A DNA stretch of 52,436 bases, counting the filler, from Bipalium vagum (lineage: Eukaryota): NCBI GenBank assembly GCA_037834085.1. It is 3 parts of 3 records of this genome, joined end to end, with 100 filler letters (N's around TTAATTAATTAA, not from the genome) between each part and the next. Parts side by side here need not be neighbours in the genome. Positions count along the whole stretch, not along the records: positions 1 to 18,786 come from JBBMKC010019691.1; 2 more parts are not named here. One strand, given 5' to 3'. The notes beneath the pieces were generated by a model, which saw nothing but the letters and a program-made list of their open reading frames with translations, was not told the origin of the DNA and ran no database searches. Every line of letters begins with the position of its first letter. Within the stretch, counting starts at the first letter, position 1. The translations under genes and the position numbers were made by a program. This document shows positions 1 through 12,900 of the stretch, one piece after another.

Positions 1-42
1 AATTACTCGTTTTGTAAAATGATTAATTTAAAGAAAAATTTC

Positions 43-126
43 AGTGTTGAATTTAAGATGTAAAGTGTTGAATTTAAGATGTAAAGTGTTGAATTTAAAA
101 TGTAAAGTGTTGAATTTAAAATGAAA
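43..126. repeat. 21-bp tandem repeat, ~4 copies (AGTGTTGAATTTAARATGTAA)
   Basis: Units visible at 43, 64, 85 and 106. Confidence 0.95.
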
Positions 127-2699
127 ATGGTATAAATAAAATCTTTGCCTATAAAAACACTTGAGGTTCAATTAAACAGTTCTATGTTCTGATGCTGACC
201 TTTCAAATACTCTAAACTTATTAATTCGTAGGCTGCTTAATTCGAATTTTCTTAATCATGTTGAACAGTACTGAATGAAGACGGTTATTGTTGTCACTTA
301 TGACATCATTTCTCTACTTACTTTAAACTCGAAAACTCTGATTACAAAAGACTTATAAGAAACACTTGATCTAGAGTTCAACAACTATGAATTAAACTGG
401 ATAAGTTAAAACAAGTACACAAATAAGATATTTGTTTAACGACAAATACAGACTGAATATCTTTCATTATCATTAAAGAATATTTCTCTTACTTCGATTA
501 ATACATTTATTAATTGAAATTATTGTCATCTCATCGAAATAGAATTCCACTTATGAAGTGCACATATTCTTACTAGTTTTTCAATTTACCAAAGAAGTTT
601 TAAGCTCATTTTCGAAGAACTTCTTTAAACTTTCTTTTATAGAGAAAATCAATAAAAAAATATCTGAAATACCATATCTTCCCGAGTTGAGGGATCTGTT
701 TTATTTTTTAAAATTCATATCTCTTTTTTGAAGTAATGAAAACCGGTTAATTAATTTACGATTGTATGAAATTTTAAAAACTCATTACATGATTATAACA
801 AAATTACAATAGACATATACAATTATTTGGAGTAAAATAATTGGTTTCTTTTGGTTGTTGGTTTTCGAGGCAATATTAAATTGAACATAAGTTTTGTATG
901 CCATAGATTGAATAGAAATTTTATATACGTTTATAGCTCTACGTTACGTACCCATTCATTTGATTTTGGAGTGAGATCGTGTATTTTTGGTTAATATTTT
1001 CCAATTATTAATATCAATAGTACTAAAATTGAAAAACCGATGCTTTAATATTAGTCTATTGCAGTTAAAATGAAAACAGAAAATTCCTGATACTCTTTAA
1101 ATTCTGAAGATTATATTTTAACAATGATTCAATTACCATCATCATCACCAAAAAGAAATTATGATCAATTTTAAACGGCAACAGAAAAATTTCTCACCTT
1201 TTAGAATTATTTGAATTATTGGCAGATTTTGGAAATGGACTTATCGTTTGGCCAATTAAGCTTTTCACGTAAACGAAATCTTTTTTCTGCTGTAAAATCT
1301 GGCACATTTTCAATTTGTTTTGCAATTTTTTATTCTAAAATATTTTGAACTCGGAATTCAATGAAAACAATTTTTAGAAATCAAGTAAACCTCAGCACTA
1401 AGTTTATCCCGGGATTTTATTAAAATTCGAATGAGACAGTGACATTCTTGGACTGTTGGCGGAAATATATATGGGCTAATTTTATAAGCTTTCATTCCGA
1501 AAATGAGTTTTTCATTCATTAATCTAATATCGGTATCATCTGACTGGAGTGACGGTTGTCTGTAAAAAGAAGTTTAAAGTCATCGACCTATATATACATG
1601 TTCAGAATAATCTCACAAAACGGAAGACTGTGGACGTTTGACATCATTCATTTCCGAATTCACTTCATGATATCTGAACAATAGTGTTACTTTTGTTATT
1701 TATTATTATTATTAATTATCTTGTTTATTATAGTTATTATTATTATTATTCTGATCTGCAATTTGTAAAACACCTTTGATTTTTCCGATCAGCCGATATA
1801 GAACACCCACGTGTAAACACCCAGCTTTTGGCCATACCATTTAATTTCAGATAGGAGAAAACTATCATTGTATTGCTATTCATTCTCAAAAACAAGTCTA
1901 TACATGTTTGACAGCCGTCTCCTTTCACGAGTGCGACTTATTTGTTATCATCAAAATTTGATGAGCAATCAGTATATTGAGTGTCTTGAAGGTTGAATTT
2001 ATCTTTTTTGAATTTCAAAGTACTAATATTTTTCCGTTTACATTAAAAATTCTTTGGAACACTTTTTTATTCATGTAAAGCTGATTATAATCACAAAAAC
2101 CATATTTTATTGATCAGTGGGTGAACATTGTAATGAAATTAATAAAGTTTATTGTTCCACTTTATTTTAAAAATGGAATAATACATGAGTCAGGAGATAC
2201 ATAAATTTGTTAAAATCTCTACCCAGATTATTTACAAGTACTACATTAGAAAGTAATTGCAGTATAATTTTTTATTATATTAAATATAATATAAAATTTT
2301 ACTTAAATCAATAATTGTATTTTATAATCGAATTAAACAAATAAAGAATAAAAAACCCCATTAAATAATAAAGATTTTTTGCGATTTCATACTTGTGGCA
2401 GATGAAAATTATTGATTTCAAACGTTTTGATGTTAATAGTGTTGGTGGGTGTCAAATGATGAGATGGATTATCAGTAAAGACTACAAAATGCATTTTTAA
2501 CGATAATACATTCTTACAAAGACTACCACGTCTATTGTTCACTGGGAAAAAACTGGAAGATATTCACTGGTTATAAAGACTTTATGATTGATATCATAAC
2601 ATTGTTGTCCAGAACAATGAAAAGTAGTTATTAAAATCGAGAATTAATAAGACCCGTTATTATCTTTTAAGAACCTTTGAGTGTATTCTTACTTTTAAT

Positions 2700-3342
2700 T
2701 TAACTAAATGCAGAGTCAAAATATTCAATACCATTGCTAAGCTTAATCATTCAATAATTTTCATGTAAAAATATGAAAAAAAGTACGGATTGCCATTAAA
2801 AGGTTGAGATCGCTTCAATTTCATTATTTCTTCCTGTTGTAACTGAATTTTATGTTCCAAAACCTGATTTCTATCACTTTCACGTTCAATGAGCTCGTTG
2901 AGTTCTTTGATCTGATTTCTGAGTAATCGAATATGAATACCTATAATGTTTCAATGATTTTGAAAAAAGATCATCTATTACCTTCATCGTTATTCAATAC
3001 TAACGGATCAACTGGAGGATAGTTTGTGATAAATTCGTTGGAATTTGTTAATAAAACCAATTTTAATTTTAATTCTGCATATTAAAATCAAAATTACAAA
3101 ATTTTAAATCAATAACCTTTGTTTTCGATTTTCAGTTGGTCCAACTCGTTGTGCAGTTCGTAATATATTTCATTTTGTGTTGTTTTTATAAGATCTAACG
3201 ATCTTTCCATTAGACTGTAACTTTTATTAAAGGTAGGCATTTGCATTAAATCTTTTTTATCTGAATTTGTAGTCAAATTGGAAAGACCACCAAAATTGTG
3301 TGAAACTTTCTTAGATATTGTCAAAATACTGTTGGGATGCAT
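2700..3342 (-). CDS. Coiled-coil protein, CCDC92/CCDC74-like (4 exons; last exon tentative)
   Basis: Exons 3342-3117, 3074-2982, 2940-2787, 2736-2700; GT-AG introns of 42/41/50 nt keep frame. LMERSLDLIKTTQNEIYYELHNELDQLKIENKELKLKLVLL resembles the CCDC92/74 N-terminal coiled coil (recognised from memory). Confidence 0.7.
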
Positions 3343-3997
3343 CGGATATTTGAATAGTTATTTTATCATTATCTTGTAAAGCGATCTAGTAAATATTTCT
3401 CAAAAATTATCATTTGTTAAAATCAACATTGAAATGTGAGGAATTCTAAAATAATTTAAATTAAACTTTGCGCAATTTTAATTATTATTATTAATAGAGG
3501 AGTTAATATTTTATGTATAATTGAGTTTTATTTATAGATTTTTTTTACTTCTAATGCAATTTTATCTTTTACATAAGCTTAAATATGTAAAATTTGTAAA
3601 GTTACAATATATAATTTTAATCATAAAATTTTAAGTTAGATTTTGTTTTCCACATGAAAATTAATTCTGCTCTGTATAAAAATAATGTACAACTAGCATT
3701 TAATAAATTTAAGTCCAGTACACTTCAATTTCAATTAAATTCGTATTTAGTCTAAAAAACATTTAACAAATTATCTTAACGTAAATTAACTTCAAAAAAA
3801 TCTTAAACAGGAAATGATCAAAAAGCAAAGAAAACTTCTTAACTTTTGGTATTTTTATAGCCAATATTAAAAAGAATTACTAGATTTCTGAAAGAATCGA
3901 ATTAGTGTAATTTTCTTTTTTCCATTTTTAGTTTATTCTTATTCATATTTGTTTTAATAATTGACATCGCGGGATTGATTTTTAAATATAATTTCAA

Positions 3998-6900
3998 ATG
4001 AGGCGAACAGCTGCTCCTAGTAAACTATTTCAGGATCATAATAAAATTGCAAAGGTTAGTATATTTATTTATTACACAATATGTTTAGTAACAATCATAG
4101 ATAGATGTTAAACCAGACGTCAAACCAATTTCCAACATTCCAATAATTAATAATAAATGTACACTTCGTAAAAAATATAATTCAATGTTTATTTTAAAAT
4201 TTTCAAGCTGCTAAAGAAGACTTTACGTGTACGTTTTTTTCAGTAGCTTATGGCAAGCCGTCAAAGAAAAAAGTTGTTATTTTGAAATACTTTTTAAAAT
4301 TATTTTTCATTTTCAGCATAAAACATGGGATGATGATGGTATAATGACCATTTTTTTGTGTTTTATTTTGAAATCTTAGGCTTCCTCTCTGTATCAGATA
4401 ATAAGATTGTGTTGTTGAATACTGAAGGCAAAGAGTAATTTACTATTTAAAATACTAAGTTATTAATTTTTTAAAAAGATAAAGTCACTTAATATTTTTT
4501 TAAAAACTAATTTCTATTAAAATTATTATGAGCATTGTAAGAAATTTGGCAAACCAATCAAAAAAGGGGGTAATATACTATAGTATAGCCGAGTAATGCA
4601 GTCATTGAAGACCATTTGATGAAATCTGTTCGGAATGATCTTCAACACTTTATTTGTTCACAATTTCAATTTCTCAAAAATTAATGTCTCAGGGAATCGT
4701 GTGTTGTATTTTTAGGGCCTATTTTGAGATCAGGAGTCGATATATGACAGAGACTTGTTCATATATAAATCTGAGGATTTTCAGGACGTTTACCTTCTCT
4801 CAAATATCTCATATCACCCAGATAACCTTGTCTATGAACCGATTATCATATAATAATGTGTAACACAATAAATGAGGTACATAGGGAGTTTACATTTCTT
4901 ATATCAATCTTTTTAACGAAAATTCAATTATTTCCATTTAATAAGTTATCGATAACACACGTTATGATGTACTGATTTTACAAATGTCAATAATATTGAT
5001 ATAAATAAAATCAATTAGTTAAAATTAAACTTATCAATATTTTTAAAAAAATATTGTCAAACGTATAATCAAGTTGTTCTTAATCTTTTTTCTATGGCGA
5101 TCCCAAAGAAAATCAATACTACTAAAAATAAGTCACAACTCCCTATAGTTAATAAAACCAACATATAATAATAAGATTATTAGACAATAATATTACCTAT
5201 AAAATACTTAAATTTAGTAGTTAAGGTAATTGTGAACGGGAGTAGTTTAATTAGCATTACAAACTATTTATTTAACAGAATCATAAAACACGATTTTTCA
5301 CGATGCTTACCGACCAAATGGTTGAGAACCACCGCTCTAATTAATCACAATGATATTTTTATGAATCCCTTAAATAATCTATTTAAAATAAACTTAATTC
5401 ATTACTTTGACGGAAAAGTTACCTTAGAATTGGATCGAGTATGAAAAAACAATTATCTAAAATTGTTTTTGAAGAAGGCACTACCTTTTATATTGGTGGA
5501 AAATTCGTGGAAATCCTTTCTGCTATTTCTTGTCCCATTTTTGACACTGAAAACATATCTATCAACGAAAACAAGCCTCCTCAAAGTAATGACTTATTGA
5601 TTAATTTGACAATTGTAGAAATAATATTCAGAAATATCATCTTTTGTCAATAAGGAATTCAAGTCTGTGTTGGAGTCACAAAAAGTGACTGTGACATCTT
5701 GTAAAAGTTTTTCACGGACTAGTAGTGATTTGAGTCGCTATGAAGTAATTATGCCAAGACCATCCGCTGGGCATATTGTAAGTGTATTTTTGATTAAATC
5801 GATAATTTTTTGAATTACTAACATTTTATCGATTTCTTACAATAATAATAAAATTTTTATTCTCCTTATCGTTTTCCATTTACAGTTTGATTTATTTTTA
5901 CCTAACATTGTCTATTAAATCCTCATGCACCTTCCTCATAAAAACCAGATTAATACTTATAACTTATTTGTGAAACGATCGTTTTAAATTATTTATTATT
6001 TAGTGCAAATATATTAATCCATAAAATCAATTTCCTTTATCTAAAATTCAATTTATTAATTATTTATTAATTTTTTCTCTGAATATAAACTTTCCTGTTT
6101 TCACTTAATCAAATTAAATAAAAAGAAACTACTTTGAAATTATCATTTCTATTTCTCAGTTTCAATACAATCAATCGTGCTCGCCGGTGAGAGACGTAAT
6201 ATTGGATCCTCATCTGGTAAATCGGATGCGACCCCATCAAATAGATGGAATGATTTTCCTTTATGAATGTGTTGTTGGACTACGGCCTCACGGTGGAACT
6301 GGAGCCATTTTGGCGTAAGAGTGCTTCATTTCTTTGATAAATATCATAAAATTAACTTTTATAGTTGTTCTTATTTATTATTGATGATTATAGTTTTTTC
6401 AGGTGGGTATATAACTTTTTTTATTATCAAAGAATTATTTTATCGATTTATTTTATTTAAAATTTAAGAGTCGTGGATAAAGTGAAATTTTAAAATAATG
6501 ATTTATTTGTGGTAAACTCTGTTTTTTTATTAAATTAATATTACTTAGCTAAAAAATCATGCATTAATTGTTCTTTTATATTTTAATATTTTATTTTATT
6601 TTTTATATATTGTACTTCATCCTAAAGAAGATTTAAAGTTTTCGGATTATAGTAAATGAGGTTATCTTACCAATCAGCATTTGTATCTGGTTTAGACAAA
6701 ATTTCATTACAGGAGCAAAATTGACAAAAAAATAAATTCTATAAAGATCAAATTACAATATCGATCATTTTAATAATAAACCTATGGGAAAATTTTTTGA
6801 AAAATAATGTTCCATCAATATCAATTGTAAGAATGTTTAAAATATCGACTTTCCACAATGTTATGATGATTGGTGCCTCATTTTTAATCTGAAATAATAT

Positions 6901-9900
6901 TTAATCGATTATCAGTTTTTCTTGTTTAATATAAAATTTAAACTTTTAAATTAAAATATAAAATCAGGAAAAATTATAAAATGTGTAAGAGTAAAAAATT
7001 GAAATTGAAATTTTATTATTCAGTTTTTTATATGTGCGATGACTGCTGAGTAGTAGTATAAATGAAGATGAAGGAGATAGGACAGACATCTGTTGAAATG
7101 CAGGAATCTCTGGATATATTAAAATAAAAAAATATCGATTTTTGGGATTTAATTAAGTTTATTTGAATATTTAATACTTGAAATTAATGTTTTTCGATTT
7201 TTAAAGTGGAGAAAAATTTTTTTAAAATTATATTTTAAAAAATAAAAATTTATTTTGCCTCCTTTCTTAACCAGTTAATCTGTTTGTAATATAAACCATC
7301 CGATTTATTCTTAAAATTATTAAACAAAAATGATCACAATAGAGATTCAATGGGATTAGGCAAGTCGGTACAGACTATCGCTCTTATTTGGACATTAATT
7401 AAACAGGCACCTTATGATTGTGGACCCCTTATTGAAAAATGTCTGATAGTTTGTCCAAGTTCATTGGTTCTGGTAATAAATGTAATAACCTCTCTTTCTC
7501 TCTGATAATCAATTTAGAATTGGAAAATTGAATTCGAAAAATGGTTAGGTGTTAATCGTTTGCAACCTTATTGTGTTACTGGTGATACACGTCTAGAAGT
7601 ACGATTATTGACGCTATAATGACTTACTAATAATGAAATCAATTCAAGAACTTCAGAAGATCATCTTCAAATTCTGTTTTAATTCTTTCCTATGACATGC
7701 TCATTCGAAATATCGAATTTATTCAGGAACTTGATTTCGAACTAATTATCTGTGATGAAGCTCATAGACTGAAGAATACAAATATCAAAATTTCAATGGT
7801 ATTTTTTTTTCAATCGATTTTTGAAATAATAATAATAATAATAATAATCGATAGTTATAGTAATTAATAAAAATAGTAAACATTAATAATAATCAATAAT
7901 CGTTGTGAATATCTAAACTGATTGTCGAATTTTTATAATGTGCCTCAATATTTAAAATTAAATAAATAGATTATTTTATATTTTAAAGATTTATTTTATT
8001 AAATTTCAAATTAATATTTTATATACATTTATTTTTGAAAATGAAAGGCATTTTATATTAATTTATTGAATAAAATTTTTGTTTCAATAAAAGTAGATTT
8101 GGTATGTTTTAAGAAAATAATTATTATTCAAAAATATCTCATCTTGATATTACGGCTAATAATATTAATAATAATAACAATCGATGTTACTTATGATCAG
8201 TAAAGTTATTAATTAATAAATTTAAACAATAATTATGAAAATATTAGGTCATTAAGTATGAAATATCGAAATTTTAGTGAACATTTTGATTTACAATATA
8301 AGCAAAAAACGATACATTTTTTCAAAATAATCACCAAAACTATCATCAAAGTTCTGCCATCTTAATGGTAACTTCTATTATTCCAGCAGTCTGGTAATAG
8401 AACGGTGATAAAACCACGGAAGACGTTAGATACTTTTTAGTTACCTGTCAATGTCTTAAATTTATATAATAACATTTTTATTTAATTTTTTTTGTATGTA
8501 TGGCTTTAGCACTCATGTTTAGATTAAGTCATTGTTATTCATATATGCCTGGTCATGGTAAATATCAAGTATAACATGGTGCAAACACTAACTAAATATT
8601 GGAAAAAAATTTTGATTGATTGGAATAATTATATGAAATTTGTGTCAACAGCTCTAAGAAAAAAGAAATTTATGGATAAGGTATGATAATCGAAGTGAAT
8701 GAGAATCTGTTCACAAGGCGTAAAAGCAATCTTGGATGAATTTTACCACCACAGCGGGTCCTCGGAGGAATTTGTTGTGAAACAAAAAAGTATTTAATTT
8801 TTCAAGTACATAATCGCTCTGCTTCAACTCTTTTTATCAAAGATTTGGAAACACCGGAGAAGGTTCTTTAAAATATTCAAATTAGAGAAATCAAATTTCT
8901 CTATATGTTAACATATTCGACTCAATATTATTGGACATGTCTAAATTTGTTATGTGATTTAATATTTTCTTAACCATCTTCCTTCTTTATAAATCTTTCC
9001 CTTTGCTGCCAAACGCACGGAAATTGTGCTTCTATAAACACTTAACAATTCCGCGAGCTAAGTTTGTGATTGACACGGGTCTTTATCAAATTCGTCATCA
9101 TCGAAATTTTTTGGCTGACCTGAAAGTCATTGACATTGAAGTCAACTTTTTACAAATATCTAAACTATTCCCGGTATGATTCATCAGTGGGAACATTCTC
9201 AGCATAAGCTTGTAAAAGCATTTGATGAGCTTCAGCTGCGTCTTTTTCAAATAGAAGCAGAAAATTAGGACTTCCCGGAAATGTTGTTTGTTCGGTTCAA
9301 ATGATGACATCTTTGATTCAGTTCAACGGGATTTTATTTTTATAATTTCAATAATTTATTGATGAAATATAACTTGAATACATCCTAAGTAAAAACTAAA
9401 TAAATTTAAAGTTAATATAGTTTGAAAAGATAAAAAATAATTAATATTAAAACAAACTGACCGAATTAATTCACACAGCTAATACATATCTGGATCTTTT
9501 ATTTAATTTGTAATTGTAAAGTATTGACGACTAACAAACCGGTACCAATAATACTAATAATTAGTAAGTGGTAAATCAATAATAATATTGATAACCTTTG
9601 TTATTATAATTGTAATGATTTCCTTTATTTCAGGCTGTCGAATCTTTGAAAATTCCCAGAAGAATTCTTCTGACAGGAACTCCGTTGCAGAATGATATGG
9701 ATGAGTTTTTCGCTCTGGCCGAATTCAGCAATCCAGGAGTGCTGGGCTGTGATAAAGAAAGCTTCAGAAAACGTTTTGTTGAACCAATAAATGCTGCCAG
9801 ACAACCGAACGCGTCCCAGACAGATATTGATCAGGGCTTCGAAACGTCTCTGATTTTGCAGCGTATCAGCCAATCGTTTATCTTGCGTCGAACAGAACTT

Positions 9901-12900
9901 GTCAATTCTCAGTATCTGCCCCCAAAGGGTATGTTACCTGTTCACGATCGATAATTGACGTAAAGTGTAATAGACGAGTTTCTTGTTTTCTGTTTGCCGA
10001 CTCCCATGCAGATTCGTTTTTATAAAATGGTGCTCAACTGTCAGATGGTGCAGAAATTTTTCAGCTCGTCCTCTGTTGTCGGCGTGGAATCATTGTCTAG
10101 CATAATGTTGCTTCGAAAGCTTTGTAACGATCCGTCTTTGTTTCTACGACATGTTTTAGACAAGACCAGAAACACCAAAGACTGTAGTGAAGACTCGACA
10201 TTATGTGACGTAAGTGTTCAGTCGCAATGTTTTTACTCGTCACTTATGTTTTCCTTGTACAAAATTCATTTATCAATTTTGAAATTCATATTAATGTCAT
10301 AATTAATGTCACGGTTTCTTACAACTGGAGTGGAAATGGTAATTGTTTACTTGATTGGCAGGGTTCGCGTACTACATCCAAAACGACAATATGTAGAAAT
10401 TCTGTTGTGATGTGATATCATTTGTTAGACCGTCAACTACGAGCCAGGCTTGAAGTCCAAGGAATTTTTGGATCAGAACATATTTAAAATTCAAGGGAGC
10501 TGAAGTATCGTTTTCTTTAGATTTAGCATTTTTCATCATCTACCTGAATGATCTACACATGTTTACTTCTTTCTGGGTGTAAACATAAGCGTCTATTTAT
10601 TTTCTATGTTCTCTTAATGAAATAGTAAGTAATCTAATAAATCTTCAATCAAGAATGCACTCTGTTCTTACCTAAAACCCACAGTAAACCTAAACCAAAA
10701 CTTCAAATCCATCATTATATTTAATTTAAAAATCTCAAACTACAGCAACACGTCTTTCTATTACGTGTTGAAAAATATTTTTCATCTTCAAACTTTCACT
10801 TAAGTTACTTTCATTACACTTTTCATTATTTACTTCTGATATGCTTGTCAATATCTTTCATTGACTTTGGTTTTTCTTTAGGCCTTCGGAATTTTTGCAA
10901 AAATAATTCTGTATATATTCTTTTTGGAGATAAACTTAAAAAATCAATAATTAATTAAAGAAAAAAAAATCAATTTAAAAAAGTTGATTTAAAGCTTTTC
11001 AATTATTTTAAAACTAGTTATTTTGTAAAAGATCAATATGTAAAAGTTTTAGAATGCAATTAATACGTTCCATAATTGATTTCTCTAGGAAATATATAAA
11101 AGTTTAAGGAAATTGGGTGAAGAGAACGAAACATTCGACCGGTTTATTTCACAAAATAACCAGGAAATCGGTACGGAAATATATAGTGGGAAATTGTGGG
11201 TAACAGCTCAAATGTTGATGAACCTCGCACGAAACGAAAACATTATTCTGACATCTCATTTCACTCAAGTCAGTTATACTACTCATCATTCGTGGCCAGT
11301 CAATATTAACGCATTTTTTGTTTTCCTAACAGACTTTGGACCTGTTGGAAAAACTGCTGGAAAATTTGCAGTTGAAATTCAAAAGAATTGATGGCAACGT
11401 TTCGGCAGCCAATCGGATGCGGATTGTGTCTGATTTTAACAAGCCCAGGTATGTGGGCCAACCAGAAGTATTGCTGTTGAGCTGTAAAGCTGGGGGCGAA
11501 GGTCTCAATCTGATTGGAGCGTGTAAAATAATCCTCTACGATTTGGATTGGAATCCGGCCACTGATTTGCAGGTATAACCCTCTTAATTTTCTATTTAGA
11601 TCGATATTTTGTGCTTTTATTGTGTGCTTCATTTTATTCGCTGACCAAGGGAAATTTTATTTCATTCGTCCAATAATATTAATTCGACTCTATCTTCTGC
11701 GCGTAATTATCTCCGTCTGGTTTTGTTCTTACTGAGTTTTATTTTTTTAGAGAAGGTTTTTTCCTACACTTAAATAATAATGTGACATTAAAAAATATCG
11801 AATTTTTTTGCTATTGATTAATTTAATGATTTCTCATTGTTATGAATTTAAAAAGTCAATTATTAATGCTTAACTTTGACTTTATATCAAAAAATATATT
11901 GAACTCAATTTTTAATCAATATGGATATTGAAGAAATTCGAATAATTAATTGATACGAAATTTTATTGGAAAAATAAGGAGGCAGTTGCAAATTGAAATA
12001 TGAAAATATTTTAACTAGGTGATGTAAACCAATGAATCATTAAATTTTGAGGTAAAATTAAATTAACTGTTAGACAATGTTTTGAAAATGTTGACTGATG
12101 TAAAATAATGTCAAATCTCAACATTAAATCATCATACGATGGGTTAAGTCAGTTTTGCTTCCGAAAAATAATGGTTCATAAATAGAATCAAGATTGGATC
12201 AAGGGATCCAAAAACCATCATAATAGAGAGTTATCGATGATCGTACTTATTTCTAATACAATTGTGATTTATTTCTTTATTTATTTTAATACGGGGGTTG
12301 TCTTTTAAGTTTTGCTACAGACATAAAAATAAGGTATAAAAGACTGAAAATGTTGTATTGCTTTTCAAAATATTCTCCACAAAGATTTACACAGTTGTCC
12401 ATGCGTTGAAACCAATTGTGAAAGCAGTTATGTCACTAAAAATTGTAAAACCAAAAATTTCGATTTTGAGCATGTCGATTGCCTCTTCCGGTGACTTGAA
12501 CTCTATTCTTGATGTTTGGAAATGTGAAAAGGTCGTTTGGACTTAGGTCGGGACTATATGGTGGATGACCCAATAATTCTATATTGGGAGATGATAAAAA
12601 TCTGTTGTTGCTAGAGCTCGATATTAAATAACATTGCTATGATGAAGAATGATTCTCCGTTTCATGTTTGTTCTTTGAAGAACTGAAATTATTTCTGGCA
12701 AACATATTGTTGTATTCCATTACGCAGTAACCGTTTATCAATTTTGTATAGTAATTTTAGCAAAATGACTGCTTTTGAGATAAACTTTGTGATTATCTGC
12801 TTTGACACACTGCGAAAACGGATAACTTTTGTCAGAGTAAGCAGACTTCGATATATGTAAACAAAAATTATAATTCTTATTATAGTATAGACGTTTGTTT

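Noticed and set aside
43-126. Regular 21-bp repeats as a CRISPR-like array
   Set aside because: No spacers; a simple minisatellite in a eukaryotic genome.
1746-2022. In-frame TAA at 1938-1940 between two open stretches: possible readthrough or last exon of the CCDC92-like gene
   Set aside because: A closer acceptor (50-nt intron) ends the gene at 2700. The peptide (..YLKLNGMAKSW) looks more like a decayed retrotransposon gag. Other genes here use TAA as a normal stop.
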